Assembly: GCA_041743505.1 (NCBI GenBank) | Contig: JBGTMQ010000019.1 | Span: forward strand, 70,147-134,146 | Direction: 5' to 3' | DNA: 64,000 bases | Origin: Candidatus Saccharimonadia bacterium | GTDB taxonomy: Bacteria; Patescibacteriota; Saccharimonadia; UBA4664 | Part shown: positions 1 to 8,290 of the stretch, one piece after another | Layout of the letters: each line of letters opens with the position of its first letter | Numbering within the stretch: the first letter of the stretch is position 1 | Notes under the pieces: model-generated | Database searches by the model: none | What the model saw: only the letters and a program-made list of their open reading frames with translations | What the model was told of the DNA's origin: nothing | Translations under genes and position numbers: made by a program

Positions 1-110
1 GAAAACTCCAAGCTCCGGGTAGATTGTTGCCCTAAAGGCGGCCGCACATTAGGGGACAATCCAAAAACACACTTCAACGGCCGTGGATCTCGGATGCGAG
101 CTTCTACGCT

Positions 111-668
111 CTACGCGCACGGACCCCAGAACCAGCCCTTGGATTCGACATCGCCACCGAGCGAGCCGCCTGTTCGGAATAAAGGCTCCACACCCACGCA
201 TGCCATGCCAACACCGTTGACCATGCGTGACCAAGTACTGTAGCCCTTGTGTGAGAAGGAGAGGACATCGGCCTGAACGGGCTGCTGGCTCACGCCGCCT
301 GGGTTCCAGGCTGTAACCCGGCCATAGAAGGGAGTTGGTGAACCCATAGCGTCGAGAACCCACTCGCGTGGGCCCCAAGGAGCCGTGAAGCGTCCCCAAT
401 TTGCCTTGCAGCTTGGCGAGTACCGTAGGTCAAGCTGTCCTGCGGACTGTACCCCGTCCGCAATGATTGCGATGGAGTGCACAGTGTAGGCATCTCCGTC
501 ACAACGGCCAGTGGGATCAAGACCAACACAGGATGTACCGCTACACCCACCGGTGGCTGCAAGCGCTGGCGTAGCCGGAGCTACGAACAGCACAGCACCG
601 ACAGCCATGACAAGTGCGATTACCATCACAGTCAAACGGCGAGCAGATCGAATGGCCGAGGCGGCCAT
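111..668 (-). CDS. secreted hypothetical protein (signal peptide, Cys-containing)
   Basis: 185-aa ORF; N-terminal basic-hydrophobic signal peptide ending ...PALAATGG; no recognised catalytic motif. Confidence 0.5.
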   Translation of the reverse strand: MAASAIRSARRLTVMVIALVMAVGAVLFVAPATPALAATGGCSGTSCVGLDPTGRCDGDAYTVHSIAIIADGVQSAGQLDLRYSPSCKANWGRFTAPWGPREWVLDAMGSPTPFYGRVTAWNPGGVSQQPVQADVLSFSHKGYSTWSRMVNGVGMACVGVEPLFRTGGSLGGDVESKGWFWGPCA

Positions 669-779
669 GATTACCTCCTAAGGGCACGATCCGTTTACGG
701 CTCTGCTGAGCCGTCAAAATACCTTATGCGAGGATAGCGCAAAAGTCAAGCGTAGTAAACAGATCACATTTGTGGTAAC

Positions 780-1118
780 ATGCTGACCATGTTTAAAAAA
801 CTAGACAATTCAGTAGTTGCAGCTGCAATATTTGCCCTGGCAGAAGCCTTTGCCTTAAGGCCAGCAATAGCTGCGGCCTTTGCTCTGTGGGGATCTTCAT
901 TTCTCCCAAATGACATCGTGCTTAATATGGTTGCAATAAGCCTTGCGGTGATACTCGGGTATATGGGCGGAAAACTACTTTTTCAGAAGTGGCAAGCAAG
1001 GCTTTGGGTAAAGGCTGCTACTGCCAGTGGAATCTTCCTTAGTACTTTTATCCTGTCTTCGTGGATCTCAATCACTATTTACCGCTACTTATTTATTTCG
1101 ACTCACCCATTCAATTAG
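780..1118 (+). CDS. small 3-TM membrane protein, paralog A
   Basis: 112-aa ORF; shares AIFxLAEAFAL and FQKWxxxxWVK blocks with the adjacent ORF 1164..1499. Confidence 0.5.
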   Translation: MLTMFKKLDNSVVAAAIFALAEAFALRPAIAAAFALWGSSFLPNDIVLNMVAISLAVILGYMGGKLLFQKWQARLWVKAATASGIFLSTFILSSWISITIYRYLFISTHPFN

Positions 1119-1163
1119 GCTTAGCTGAGAGGTCGGGATGCTTTAAAGTTCAATTATGCTAAA

Positions 1164-1499
1164 ATGCAGCCCATGTATAAAAAGCCAACCAAAACAGCAG
1201 TTGCAATCGCGATTTTCACCCTAGCTGAGGCGTTCGCCTTAAAGCTGGCAATAATCGCGCCATTTCATCTGGTGAAAACTACGGTTTTCCCGAATGATTT
1301 TACATTCAATCTTTTCGCCTTGGGCATTGCCGCGATACCGGGATACTTGATTGGTAACCTCATATTTCAAAAATGGGACACGAAGTTTTGGGTAAAAATC
1401 GCAGCAGCTTGTTGCATTGTGCTGATCTCAGTGATTGCCTCATATTGGTTGGTGACAGTGGTTGATCGCCATATTTTTGAGCAGAACTTCTTAAAATAG
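1164..1499 (+). CDS. small 3-TM membrane protein, paralog B (tandem duplicate)
   Basis: 111-aa ORF; about 40-45% identity by eye to 780..1118, same length and hydrophobic segment order. Confidence 0.5.
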   Translation: MQPMYKKPTKTAVAIAIFTLAEAFALKLAIIAPFHLVKTTVFPNDFTFNLFALGIAAIPGYLIGNLIFQKWDTKFWVKIAAACCIVLISVIASYWLVTVVDRHIFEQNFLK

Positions 1500-1951
1500 C
1501 CGCTAGGCTCGTCCGTCACGGCTGAGTGGGATAATAAACTTCTAGTCTTAACAATCCCTCCGTATGGCATATCGAGGTTCTAGCAGAGTGAACAATGGGT
1601 CTCCAGTAATTATCAAGCAGCCGCCATTGCGGCTGTTTTTGGTTTTTAATCTGAGCATCCGTGAATTCTAAAACCTGCTCCCCTGGTGGCAAAAAGAATT
1701 CGGCTCCAGCTCCACGAGTCTCACAGGATACCGGCTAGACTTTTCAATAGGTACTCTCCTGGAAAGAGTAAGCTGCCAGTTACCATTGAATAATGGCTTG
1801 TTATAGTGATTTATAGGCCAACAAAAACCAAACACTCTCCTCAGGAGAGTAGGTACCTTATAAGTTAAATCAGTACCGAGCCTTAGAGATAGCCATGCCA
1901 ATGAATCATTATACAGCTCTCACTTTCATAATATCGAGGTTTTTGAATTCA

Positions 1952-1959
1952 CGGGAGCA
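1952..1959. repeat. target-site duplication (CGGGAGCA), left copy
   Basis: identical 8-mer directly abuts both ends of the IS (1952..1959 and 2813..2820). Confidence 0.7.
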
Positions 1960-2812
1960 GGGTTCTCTTAACGTGTTGGCACAAGCGTTAGTGATTTCTC
2001 TGCATAGTAAAGGGGATTTTCAAACAATTCTGGTGTGGAAAATCTGAAACAGAATTCCCTCACGTACTCGGGAAACTGCTCAGCTTCGACATGGTGGTAC
2101 ATCCGGCGGATGAAGGTTCTGAGTACCCCAAACATACCCTCAATCTCAGAAGTATGCTCAAACTCGAACTTCTTGTGAATATCCCGGCTGTGTATGATCG
2201 GCCACCACTCATCAATGCCTTGGTATATCTTAGCTCCGTCCGTCCATAGTTCACTACCCGGCCGGATCTTCTGGAAGAGAAAGTGAGTGGCATGAGTCCG
2301 GTTGGGGAATTCTCCTTCTAAGACAGTGTAGGCTAATTTACGGGTCCCAACCTGTTTGGCCATCATGAGACACCAGCCCTTACCGTACGCTTCGTCGAGT
2401 TGGACGATCCGTTCCAGGATATGTACCTCTTCAGGCAAATGCAGCCGGAACTGCCGGTACCAGTGCCGGACGGTTACCTCACTCAGACGGGTTAGACTCT
2501 GGGCTTGTAAGACTGGGATCCGAGTTGTCCAGCACCACAAGAGCATCCACCATTGTTGGAGCGGTAGCTTCATATCGGACAGCCAGGTGTGGCTGGTGAG
2601 TGAGAAACGGATACGACAATCCGGACAACGGTAACGATGCTCACTCCGCCAGACCTTACGACTGCGGCAGTTAGGACAGAAGACGTTCTTACCGAAGATG
2701 ATCCGGCGGAGATACTTCCTTATTTGGGCCTCTGAGGGTATTTGCTTGAGTTGGTACATGTCCATATTGTGACCTCCTGGTCTGGACCTGTGCCAATTGG
2801 TTGGGAGAACCC
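1960..2812 (-). mobile_element. IS1595-family insertion sequence (853 bp) with imperfect terminal inverted repeats
   Basis: tips are GGGTTCTC (1960..1967) and its reverse complement GAGAACCC (2805..2812). Inner conserved block TTGGCACA at 1976..1983 and 2789..2796. Element encloses one transposase ORF and is flanked by an 8-bp direct repeat. Confidence 0.75.
1968..2765 (-). CDS. IS1595-family (ISXO2-like) DDE transposase with N-terminal zinc-ribbon
   Basis: CPNCRSRKVW...RYRCPDCRIRFS zinc ribbon followed by a DDE_Tnp_IS1595-like core. Start taken at MDMYQLKQ, which lies inside the longer ORF 1968..2840. Confidence 0.8.
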   Translation of the reverse strand: MDMYQLKQIPSEAQIRKYLRRIIFGKNVFCPNCRSRKVWRSEHRYRCPDCRIRFSLTSHTWLSDMKLPLQQWWMLLWCWTTRIPVLQAQSLTRLSEVTVRHWYRQFRLHLPEEVHILERIVQLDEAYGKGWCLMMAKQVGTRKLAYTVLEGEFPNRTHATHFLFQKIRPGSELWTDGAKIYQGIDEWWPIIHSRDIHKKFEFEHTSEIEGMFGVLRTFIRRMYHHVEAEQFPEYVREFCFRFSTPELFENPLYYAEKSLTLVPTR

Positions 2813-2820
2813 CGGGAGCA
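2813..2820. repeat. target-site duplication (CGGGAGCA), right copy
   Basis: direct repeat of 1952..1959 immediately outside the right IS tip. Confidence 0.7.
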
Positions 2821-2824
2821 TGAC

Positions 2825-2853
2825 TTGACACATAGCACAAAATAATGTATAAT
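2825..2853 (+). promoter_or_regulatory. sigma70-type consensus promoter (TTGACA-N17-TATAAT)
   Basis: TTGACA at 2825..2830, 17-nt spacer, TATAAT at 2848..2853. Located 12 bp outside the IS right end. Confidence 0.5.
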
Positions 2854-2916
2854 TAAATAATACTGCCAACACTCAGCAGCGCTCCAACCCTACAACTACC
2901 CCGAAAGGTAGGAATC

Positions 2917-3087
2917 ATGGAAAAAACACTTTGTGCCAAGTGCATCCGCCGCCTGTCTGCCGGAGACCGCGAGAAGCTCGCAGCGAACATCAGAGCCGGC
3001 GGCATCGCCGGCGGCGCAGTATCAGGAGTGCCCAGAGCAGTAACCATATACAACGGCGACGCCGTTTGCGTCGAGCACACCTTGTAG
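2917..3087 (+). CDS. 56-aa small Cys-containing protein (or small RNA transcript)
   Basis: ATG 2917 with AAGG 8 nt upstream. Translation MEKTLCAKCIRRLSAGDREKLAANIRAGGIAGGAVSGVPRAVTIYNGDAVCVEHTL. Bracketed by a consensus promoter and a terminator. Below the 60-aa ORF-track cutoff. Confidence 0.35.
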   Translation: MEKTLCAKCIRRLSAGDREKLAANIRAGGIAGGAVSGVPRAVTIYNGDAVCVEHTL

Positions 3088-3092
3088 CCTAT

Positions 3093-3150
3093 GGGGCCCG
3101 AAGGAGGAGGATCGGAAGATCCAAACCCCTTCGGGTCCTCCTTCCTTTTT
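3093..3150 (+). terminator. rho-independent terminator
   Basis: GC-rich nested hairpin (gggcccgaagg.../...ccttcgggtcc and aggagga/tcctcct) followed by TTTTT at 3146..3150. Confidence 0.6.
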
Positions 3151-3154
3151 CGCT

Positions 3155-3538
3155 ATGCCATACAATACAAGCATGAAAATATACGTCTCCCATTCCCGCA
3201 AGCTAGATTATGTGCATGATCTATACGAGCCCCTAAAGGCATCCAGCCTCTACCCGAAACACGAGTTCTTCCTGCCACACGACGCCGGCAGCGACCGGGT
3301 AAAAACCAAAGAGATTATTCAAACGGCAGGTGTGCTCGTTGCCGAGATATCCTATCCTTCAACCAGCCAGGGGATCGAACTAGGCTGGGCTGACGCGGCC
3401 GGTATACGCATCATCTGTTTGTATCCCGAAGGCACTAAATATCAAGCATCCATTAGGTTTATCTGTCCGCAGCCCACGACCTACACAAGTGCTCATGATT
3501 TGATCAAAAAGCTCACAACACTACTAGCCAATAGCTAA
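3155..3538 (+). CDS. nucleoside 2-deoxyribosyltransferase-like / DNPH1(Rcl)-like N-glycosidase family protein
   Basis: MKIYVSHSRK N-terminus and STSQGIELGWADAAGIRIICLY, matching the PSxGxGxExGxA...K/R..I..L signature of the flavodoxin-fold deoxyribosyltransferase/DNPH1 family. Alternative start at 3173. Confidence 0.5.
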   Translation: MPYNTSMKIYVSHSRKLDYVHDLYEPLKASSLYPKHEFFLPHDAGSDRVKTKEIIQTAGVLVAEISYPSTSQGIELGWADAAGIRIICLYPEGTKYQASIRFICPQPTTYTSAHDLIKKLTTLLANS

Positions 3539-3596
3539 CCATCCCCCGCAAAGCTTGACATTATCCGAATATATGCAGTAAAGTGACTAATCCTGT

Positions 3597-4982
3597 TTGA
3601 TCATCATGAAATACCTCAAACCACTCATCATTACTAGTATTGCTGCATTATGCCTCGGCGCCACCGTGGGGGCCTTAACGTTGGTCGGTATCAACCCGGT
3701 CAAAGCCGTTACCCAAGCCCGCTGTGAAGCCGGTGGCGTATTAACGCACTCCCAGGCAGTCCCGGGTACCGCCGATGATCACGACCGTGACGACCAGCCG
3801 GCTGGGGCGCTCAACGTACCGGTTACGCCCGGCAAAACTACCACCCGTCCGTCCCTCACAGGCCAAAACCTGATTCCAAACCCCACGCTCAAAAACAGCG
3901 GGGGCGATCCGCACAGCTGGCTTACCAATGTCTATGGCAACAGCAATGCCAAGTTTGACGTGGTTTCCGGCAAGGATGGGGCACCGGCCCTGCGGGTGGA
4001 CATCACCTCCTACAAAGACGGCGATGCCGACTGGTACTATCCGCCGGTCAGTGTCACGCCGGGTGGCTACTACACCTTTCAAGACACCTACCGTTCCAGC
4101 GTCGCAACCCGCCCCCTCCTGATGCTCCGCCACCAATCGGGCCAAGACGAGTATATCGACCTCAAGGCCGCACCGGCCGCCGAGACGTGGACCAACTACT
4201 CAGTCACGTTTATCGTGCCAAGCGATGTCCGCCAGGCACTCGTCTACCATCCATTGGCCTCGGTAGGAACGCTCATTACCTCCAACCATTCCTTAACTGC
4301 CACGCAATCCGCCGGCTTCTCTAAAGCCCTCGTCTCGCTGACCTTTGACGACGGCTGGAAAAGCATCCACGACCACGCCTTGCCGCTACTCAAACGCTAC
4401 GACATGGTCTCAACTCAGTACCTGGTTACGGGCTACCTTGGCCGCGCCGCTGCCTATATGACACCCGCAGATGTCTACGATATGCTCGACGCCGGCAACG
4501 AAATTGGCTCGCATACGGTCAACCACCTCGATCTCACCAAGGCCACGCCGGATTTGCTCAAGCATGAGCTAACCAGATCCAAGCAAGACCTAACCAAGTG
4601 CTTTGGCGAACCAACGGGCTATGCAGCGCCCTATGGCACCTACAATTCGGCTACGATCCAGGCGGCACGCGGTTTTTATCAAACAGCCCGCTCCACCGAT
4701 ACCGGATTCAATACCGCTGAGAATTTGAATCCCTACGGGCTTCTGGTCCAGAACATGACACCTGACACCACCCCGGCCCAGGTCCAAGGCTGGCTCGAAG
4801 CCGCCAAAGCCCACAACGCCTGGCTAATCCTCGTCTATCATCAGATAGACGGCTCCGACAGCCCCTATGCCCGATCCCCGGAGAATTTTGAGCAGGACCT
4901 AAAAGCCATCAAAGCCAGTGGCATTTCGGTCAAAACAGTGCGCAATGCTTATCAAGATGTGAAGAACAAAGCTCACAAATAA
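3597..4982 (+). CDS. secreted carbohydrate-binding (CBM4/9-like) + CE4 polysaccharide deacetylase (NodB domain)
   Basis: signal peptide, a beta-sandwich CBM-like region (DADWYYPPVSVTPGGYYTF), then NodB motifs LTFDDGW, GSHTVNHLDL and AAPYG. Confidence 0.8.
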   Translation: MIIMKYLKPLIITSIAALCLGATVGALTLVGINPVKAVTQARCEAGGVLTHSQAVPGTADDHDRDDQPAGALNVPVTPGKTTTRPSLTGQNLIPNPTLKNSGGDPHSWLTNVYGNSNAKFDVVSGKDGAPALRVDITSYKDGDADWYYPPVSVTPGGYYTFQDTYRSSVATRPLLMLRHQSGQDEYIDLKAAPAAETWTNYSVTFIVPSDVRQALVYHPLASVGTLITSNHSLTATQSAGFSKALVSLTFDDGWKSIHDHALPLLKRYDMVSTQYLVTGYLGRAAAYMTPADVYDMLDAGNEIGSHTVNHLDLTKATPDLLKHELTRSKQDLTKCFGEPTGYAAPYGTYNSATIQAARGFYQTARSTDTGFNTAENLNPYGLLVQNMTPDTTPAQVQGWLEAAKAHNAWLILVYHQIDGSDSPYARSPENFEQDLKAIKASGISVKTVRNAYQDVKNKAHK

Positions 4983-5087
4983 CAAAACGCACATTGACAT
5001 TTGACAAAGAGTTAGAATAGGCGTAGAGTGATATATTAGATCAACCGCGAGAGTAACAATGACTCACATTGTCCCCCTCCCTTTTTT

Positions 5088-6188
5088 ATGGCTATGAAAC
5101 ACACTCGCTACCAATTCGCCAAACGACCATTAGCTCTCGTTATTGCCGCTCATAACGAAGAGATGGTTTTGGCTGCAACCATCTCTTCGGCTATCAATGC
5201 CGGCATGCATCCAGGTGATATCTACGTGGTAAACGACTCCTCGACCGACCGCACCCAGGCCATTGCCGAAAAGCATCTCGGTGCGCGCAATGTACTAGCC
5301 GTCCACCGCAGCGGCAAGGCCAAAGCCATTCTGCAGGCCATCGGGCATTTCCAGATCATCAAGCGCTACTACTGGATGCATATCGCTGACGCTGACGGCG
5401 TGTTTGCGCCTGACTATTTCCAGGTCCTGCGCCGCCACCTCAACCTCAAATACGCGGCGGCCACCGGCCACATCCAGAGCCTCAAGGGCGGCTGGATATC
5501 CAAATACCGCCTGTACGAGTACACGGTTGGACTGGAAATCATGCGCCCGATCCAGGCATTCTTCGGGGTTATTCCGGTTATCCCCGGTCCCACGAGCGTC
5601 TACCGGACCGATATTTTGCCCAAGCTTGATTTTACCGCCGGCACCCTAACCGAAGATATGGACATCACCTTCCAGATTCACCGTCAGAAACTGGGCAAAA
5701 TAAAGTTTGTTCACGATGCCCGCACTTACACCCAGGATCCCCGCGACTTCGGTGATTATTACAAGCAGATCCTGCGCTGGTACCGCGGCAACTTCCAGGT
5801 CATGTTGCGTCACAAGATTGGCCTCCGGGCGCAACGGCTCGACGCCTACGTCAGCTATGTGATGCTGGAGCAAGCGCTCCTCATCAGCCAATTGCTCCTC
5901 TTGCCATTAGCCGCCTGGTGGCTCGGTAACTACAACCTCATCGCTATCCCGTTCTTGTTCGATGTGGTCTTTTTCTTTGCCTTTACCGTTTGGGCTGCAG
6001 TGCTCAATCGCCGCCCCGACGTTTTAGGCGCCTTCCCGCTGTTCTATGCCTTGCGGATGGTCAACCTGTATGCGTTCGTAAAAGCCTGGTTCGAGATCGT
6101 CGTCCTGCGAAAGTTCCAATCCGCCCCGTCGGCTTGGAGTGTGGCAGGCCGAAGATATCGCATTGTGGCCGATGGAATCATTAATTAA
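5088..6188 (+). CDS. processive family-2 glycosyltransferase (PgaC/IcaA/NodC/chitin-cellulose synthase-like) with C-terminal TM helices
   Basis: D (VVNDSSTD), DxD (ADADGV), TED (TEDMDITF) and QxxRW (QILRWYRG) motifs in order, followed by hydrophobic helices. Confidence 0.85.
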   Translation: MAMKHTRYQFAKRPLALVIAAHNEEMVLAATISSAINAGMHPGDIYVVNDSSTDRTQAIAEKHLGARNVLAVHRSGKAKAILQAIGHFQIIKRYYWMHIADADGVFAPDYFQVLRRHLNLKYAAATGHIQSLKGGWISKYRLYEYTVGLEIMRPIQAFFGVIPVIPGPTSVYRTDILPKLDFTAGTLTEDMDITFQIHRQKLGKIKFVHDARTYTQDPRDFGDYYKQILRWYRGNFQVMLRHKIGLRAQRLDAYVSYVMLEQALLISQLLLLPLAAWWLGNYNLIAIPFLFDVVFFFAFTVWAAVLNRRPDVLGAFPLFYALRMVNLYAFVKAWFEIVVLRKFQSAPSAWSVAGRRYRIVADGIIN

Positions 6189-6202
6189 AAGGAGACAGTA
6201 AT

Positions 6203-6382
6203 ATGTATGGATACGGAAATGCTACAGGCCTAGTCCTGGGCACCGGCACCGGCGTCGTTGCCGCCACCACTCTGCCAGTCACTGGTACGAACTGGGTCGT
6301 CGATCTGGCTTTGGCAGCTGCGGCTGGCTTGGCTGTTTGGGCGATGGTATACGTGCTCAACACAAAGCTGAACAAGCGCTAA
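6203..6382 (+). CDS. 59-aa small membrane protein downstream of the GT2 synthase
   Basis: strong RBS AAAGGAG 7 nt before ATG 6203. Gly/Thr-rich N-terminus then one TM helix (LALAAAAGLAVWAMVYVL). Confidence 0.45.
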   Translation: MYGYGNATGLVLGTGTGVVAATTLPVTGTNWVVDLALAAAAGLAVWAMVYVLNTKLNKR

Positions 6383-6483
6383 TGAAGCGCCTGTTCAGCT
6401 ACACCGGCATAGCTTTTCTCGTAGGCTTTGTGGTTTACCACATCGTAGCCACGAGTAGCTTGCTGGTGTCGCTGGTTAGCTAA
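6382..6483 (+). CDS. 33-aa tiny membrane peptide, translationally coupled (TAATG overlap)
   Basis: ATG overlaps the stop of the previous small ORF. MKRLFSYTGIAFLVGFVVYHIVATSSLLVSLVS is one predicted TM segment. Confidence 0.25.
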   Translation: MKRLFSYTGIAFLVGFVVYHIVATSSLLVSLVS

Positions 6484-6501
6484 ATAACAAAGGCACGAAA
6501 T

Positions 6502-8265
6502 ATGAAACTGTTTTCAAAGATCACAGCAGCTTTTTTGATCTTGTCGATGCTGGTGTCGCCGGCCTTCTTTGGTCCGGCCGCTACCAATGCGGCAGGTCAG
6601 AATCTTATTGCTAATCCGTCCGCCGAAACCGCCACCGGTAGCACGCCTGCTAACTGGCTTCAGGGCGGCTGGGGTACCAATACGGCTGCTTTCACATATG
6701 CAAATACCGGCCAGGAAGGCACCCGTAGCATGAGCGTCAACGTATCAAGCTACACCAATGGTGATGCCAAATGGTACTTTACGCCCGTCAGTGTAACTCC
6801 AGGTACACAGTACACGTTCAATAACTGGTATCAATCCACCGTCCCAACCGAAATTGATGCTCAAATCACTGATACTGCCGGCAACATCACCTACGCATGG
6901 TTGTCTTCACCCGCTGCCAGCTCGGTCTGGAAGCAAAATAGTCTGACCTGGACGGCTCCAGCCAACGCCAAGTCGGTCACGTTCTTCCACGTCATTGCGG
7001 CTACGGGCACGCTGGTCACCGACAACTTCTCGTTGACTGCGGCAACTGCCACGCCAGTACCCACTCCAACCCCGACGGTCACCCCAACTCCAACCCCGGC
7101 GCCCACTCCAACCCCGACGCCTGACAATGACGTACCGAATCCCTCGGTCGAAATCGCCAGCGGCACGGCCCCCCAAAGCTGGACCGCAGGTTCCTGGGGC
7201 ACCAACACTGCTGCCTTCAGCTACCTGGGCACCGGCCACACCGGCAGCCGTAGCGTCAAGGTCACGGTCAGCGGCTACACCAGCGGCAGCGCCGATTGGA
7301 GCTACACCCCGCAGACCGTCAAGGCCGGCCAGCGCTACATGTACAGCGACTGGTACCAGTCAAATGTAACAACCGAGATTGATGCCGCGGTTACTATGAC
7401 CGACGGCACCATCCAGTACATGTACCTGGCCACCGCTCCGGCCTCTACGGTCTGGGCTCAGGCCAAAGCCGAGTTCACGACGCCGCCTGGCGCCGTCAGG
7501 GTAACTATCTTCCATCTCATTGCCACCAACGGTTACCTCACCACTGACGACTTCAGTTTCGGTGCCTACGCGCCCAAGCCGCTAACCCGTGGTCTCGTCA
7601 GTATCACCTTTGATGACGGTTGGATCAACCAGTATACCAATGCGTTTCCGCTGCTCAAGAAGTACGGTCAAACCGCCACATTCTACGTCCTTTCCGGCGA
7701 GCTGACCAACCAACCCACCTACATGTCGGTGGCGCAGATGAAAGATTTGTATGCTAAAGGCAATGAAATTGCCTCGCATAGCATTACCCATTCTAATCTC
7801 ACGACCGCAACGGCCGCCAAACTGACCAAGGAAATGTCGCAGAGCAAGTCTGTTTTGCAGACGAAGGTCGGTGTTCCGGTCACTAACTTCGCCTACCCGT
7901 ATGGGGCGTACAACGCCAAAACCATTACCGAAGGCAATAAGTACTACCAGTCCCAGCGCTCGACCGATACTGGCTACAATGCCTTGGATACCCTCAACCT
8001 AACGGCTCTGAAGGTCCAAAACATCTACGACACCACCACTCCGGCGCAGGTCCAAGCTTGGGTTAACCAAGCTGCCAAGGACCGCACCTGGCTCATTCTG
8101 GTTTACCACGAAGTAGCCACCACGCCGCTTGATCCGGCCGACGCCAGGTACACGACCAAGCCGGCCGACCTGGATGCCGAACTCGCCATCCTCAAAAACT
8201 CCGGCCTCGGTATCCTAACGGTTAAGCAGGCCATTAGCGAAATTACGCCTCAGCTTAACAAGTAA
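6502..8265 (+). CDS. secreted 2xCBM-like + Pro/Thr linker + CE4 polysaccharide deacetylase
   Basis: signal peptide, two repeated CBM-like modules (DAKWYFTPVSVTPGTQYTF and ADWSYTPQTVKAGQRYMY) and a (PT)n linker. NodB motifs ITFDDGW, ASHSITHSNL and AYPYG. Paralog of 3597..4982. Confidence 0.8.
   Translation: MKLFSKITAAFLILSMLVSPAFFGPAATNAAGQNLIANPSAETATGSTPANWLQGGWGTNTAAFTYANTGQEGTRSMSVNVSSYTNGDAKWYFTPVSVTPGTQYTFNNWYQSTVPTEIDAQITDTAGNITYAWLSSPAASSVWKQNSLTWTAPANAKSVTFFHVIAATGTLVTDNFSLTAATATPVPTPTPTVTPTPTPAPTPTPTPDNDVPNPSVEIASGTAPQSWTAGSWGTNTAAFSYLGTGHTGSRSVKVTVSGYTSGSADWSYTPQTVKAGQRYMYSDWYQSNVTTEIDAAVTMTDGTIQYMYLATAPASTVWAQAKAEFTTPPGAVRVTIFHLIATNGYLTTDDFSFGAYAPKPLTRGLVSITFDDGWINQYTNAFPLLKKYGQTATFYVLSGELTNQPTYMSVAQMKDLYAKGNEIASHSITHSNLTTATAAKLTKEMSQSKSVLQTKVGVPVTNFAYPYGAYNAKTITEGNKYYQSQRSTDTGYNALDTLNLTALKVQNIYDTTTPAQVQAWVNQAAKDRTWLILVYHEVATTPLDPADARYTTKPADLDAELAILKNSGLGILTVKQAISEITPQLNK
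7051..7130 (+). repeat. coding tandem repeat (ACNCCNACNCCN) encoding a Pro-Thr linker
   Basis: TPVPTPTPTVTPTPTPAPTPTPTP at the protein level; low-complexity DNA repeat. Confidence 0.6.
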
Positions 8266-8290
8266 GCTCTAGCCAAAAATCCGTCTCCTT

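Noticed and set aside
49-399. ORF 49..399 (minus) and 290..562 (minus) overlapping the secreted-protein gene 111..668
   Set aside because: Alternative frames of the same GC-rich segment without start-site support. The 111..668 frame has a coherent signal peptide
1655-1681. Short sequence (ccgtgaattctaaaacctgctcccc) sharing the GTGAATTC and CCTGCTCCC blocks with the left IS junction about 280 bp away
   Set aside because: The blocks occur in swapped order and on the opposite strand. It cannot be resolved into a second inverted repeat or a solo IS end. Possibly a remnant of an earlier insertion or excision, but too ambiguous to call
4994-5040. Tandem TTGACA hexamers (4994..4999 and 5001..5006) upstream of the GT2 gene as a promoter
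   Set aside because: No -10-like hexamer at 16-19 nt spacing from either copy; TAGAAT and TATATT lie at 13 or 26+ nt. Not reported as a feature
7051-7130. Tandem DNA repeats at 7051..7130 and 47400..47590 as CRISPR or other non-coding repeat arrays
   Set aside because: Both lie in frame within long ORFs and encode low-complexity linkers, (PT)n and a KA-rich tail. They have no spacer-repeat periodicity and no adjacent cas genes
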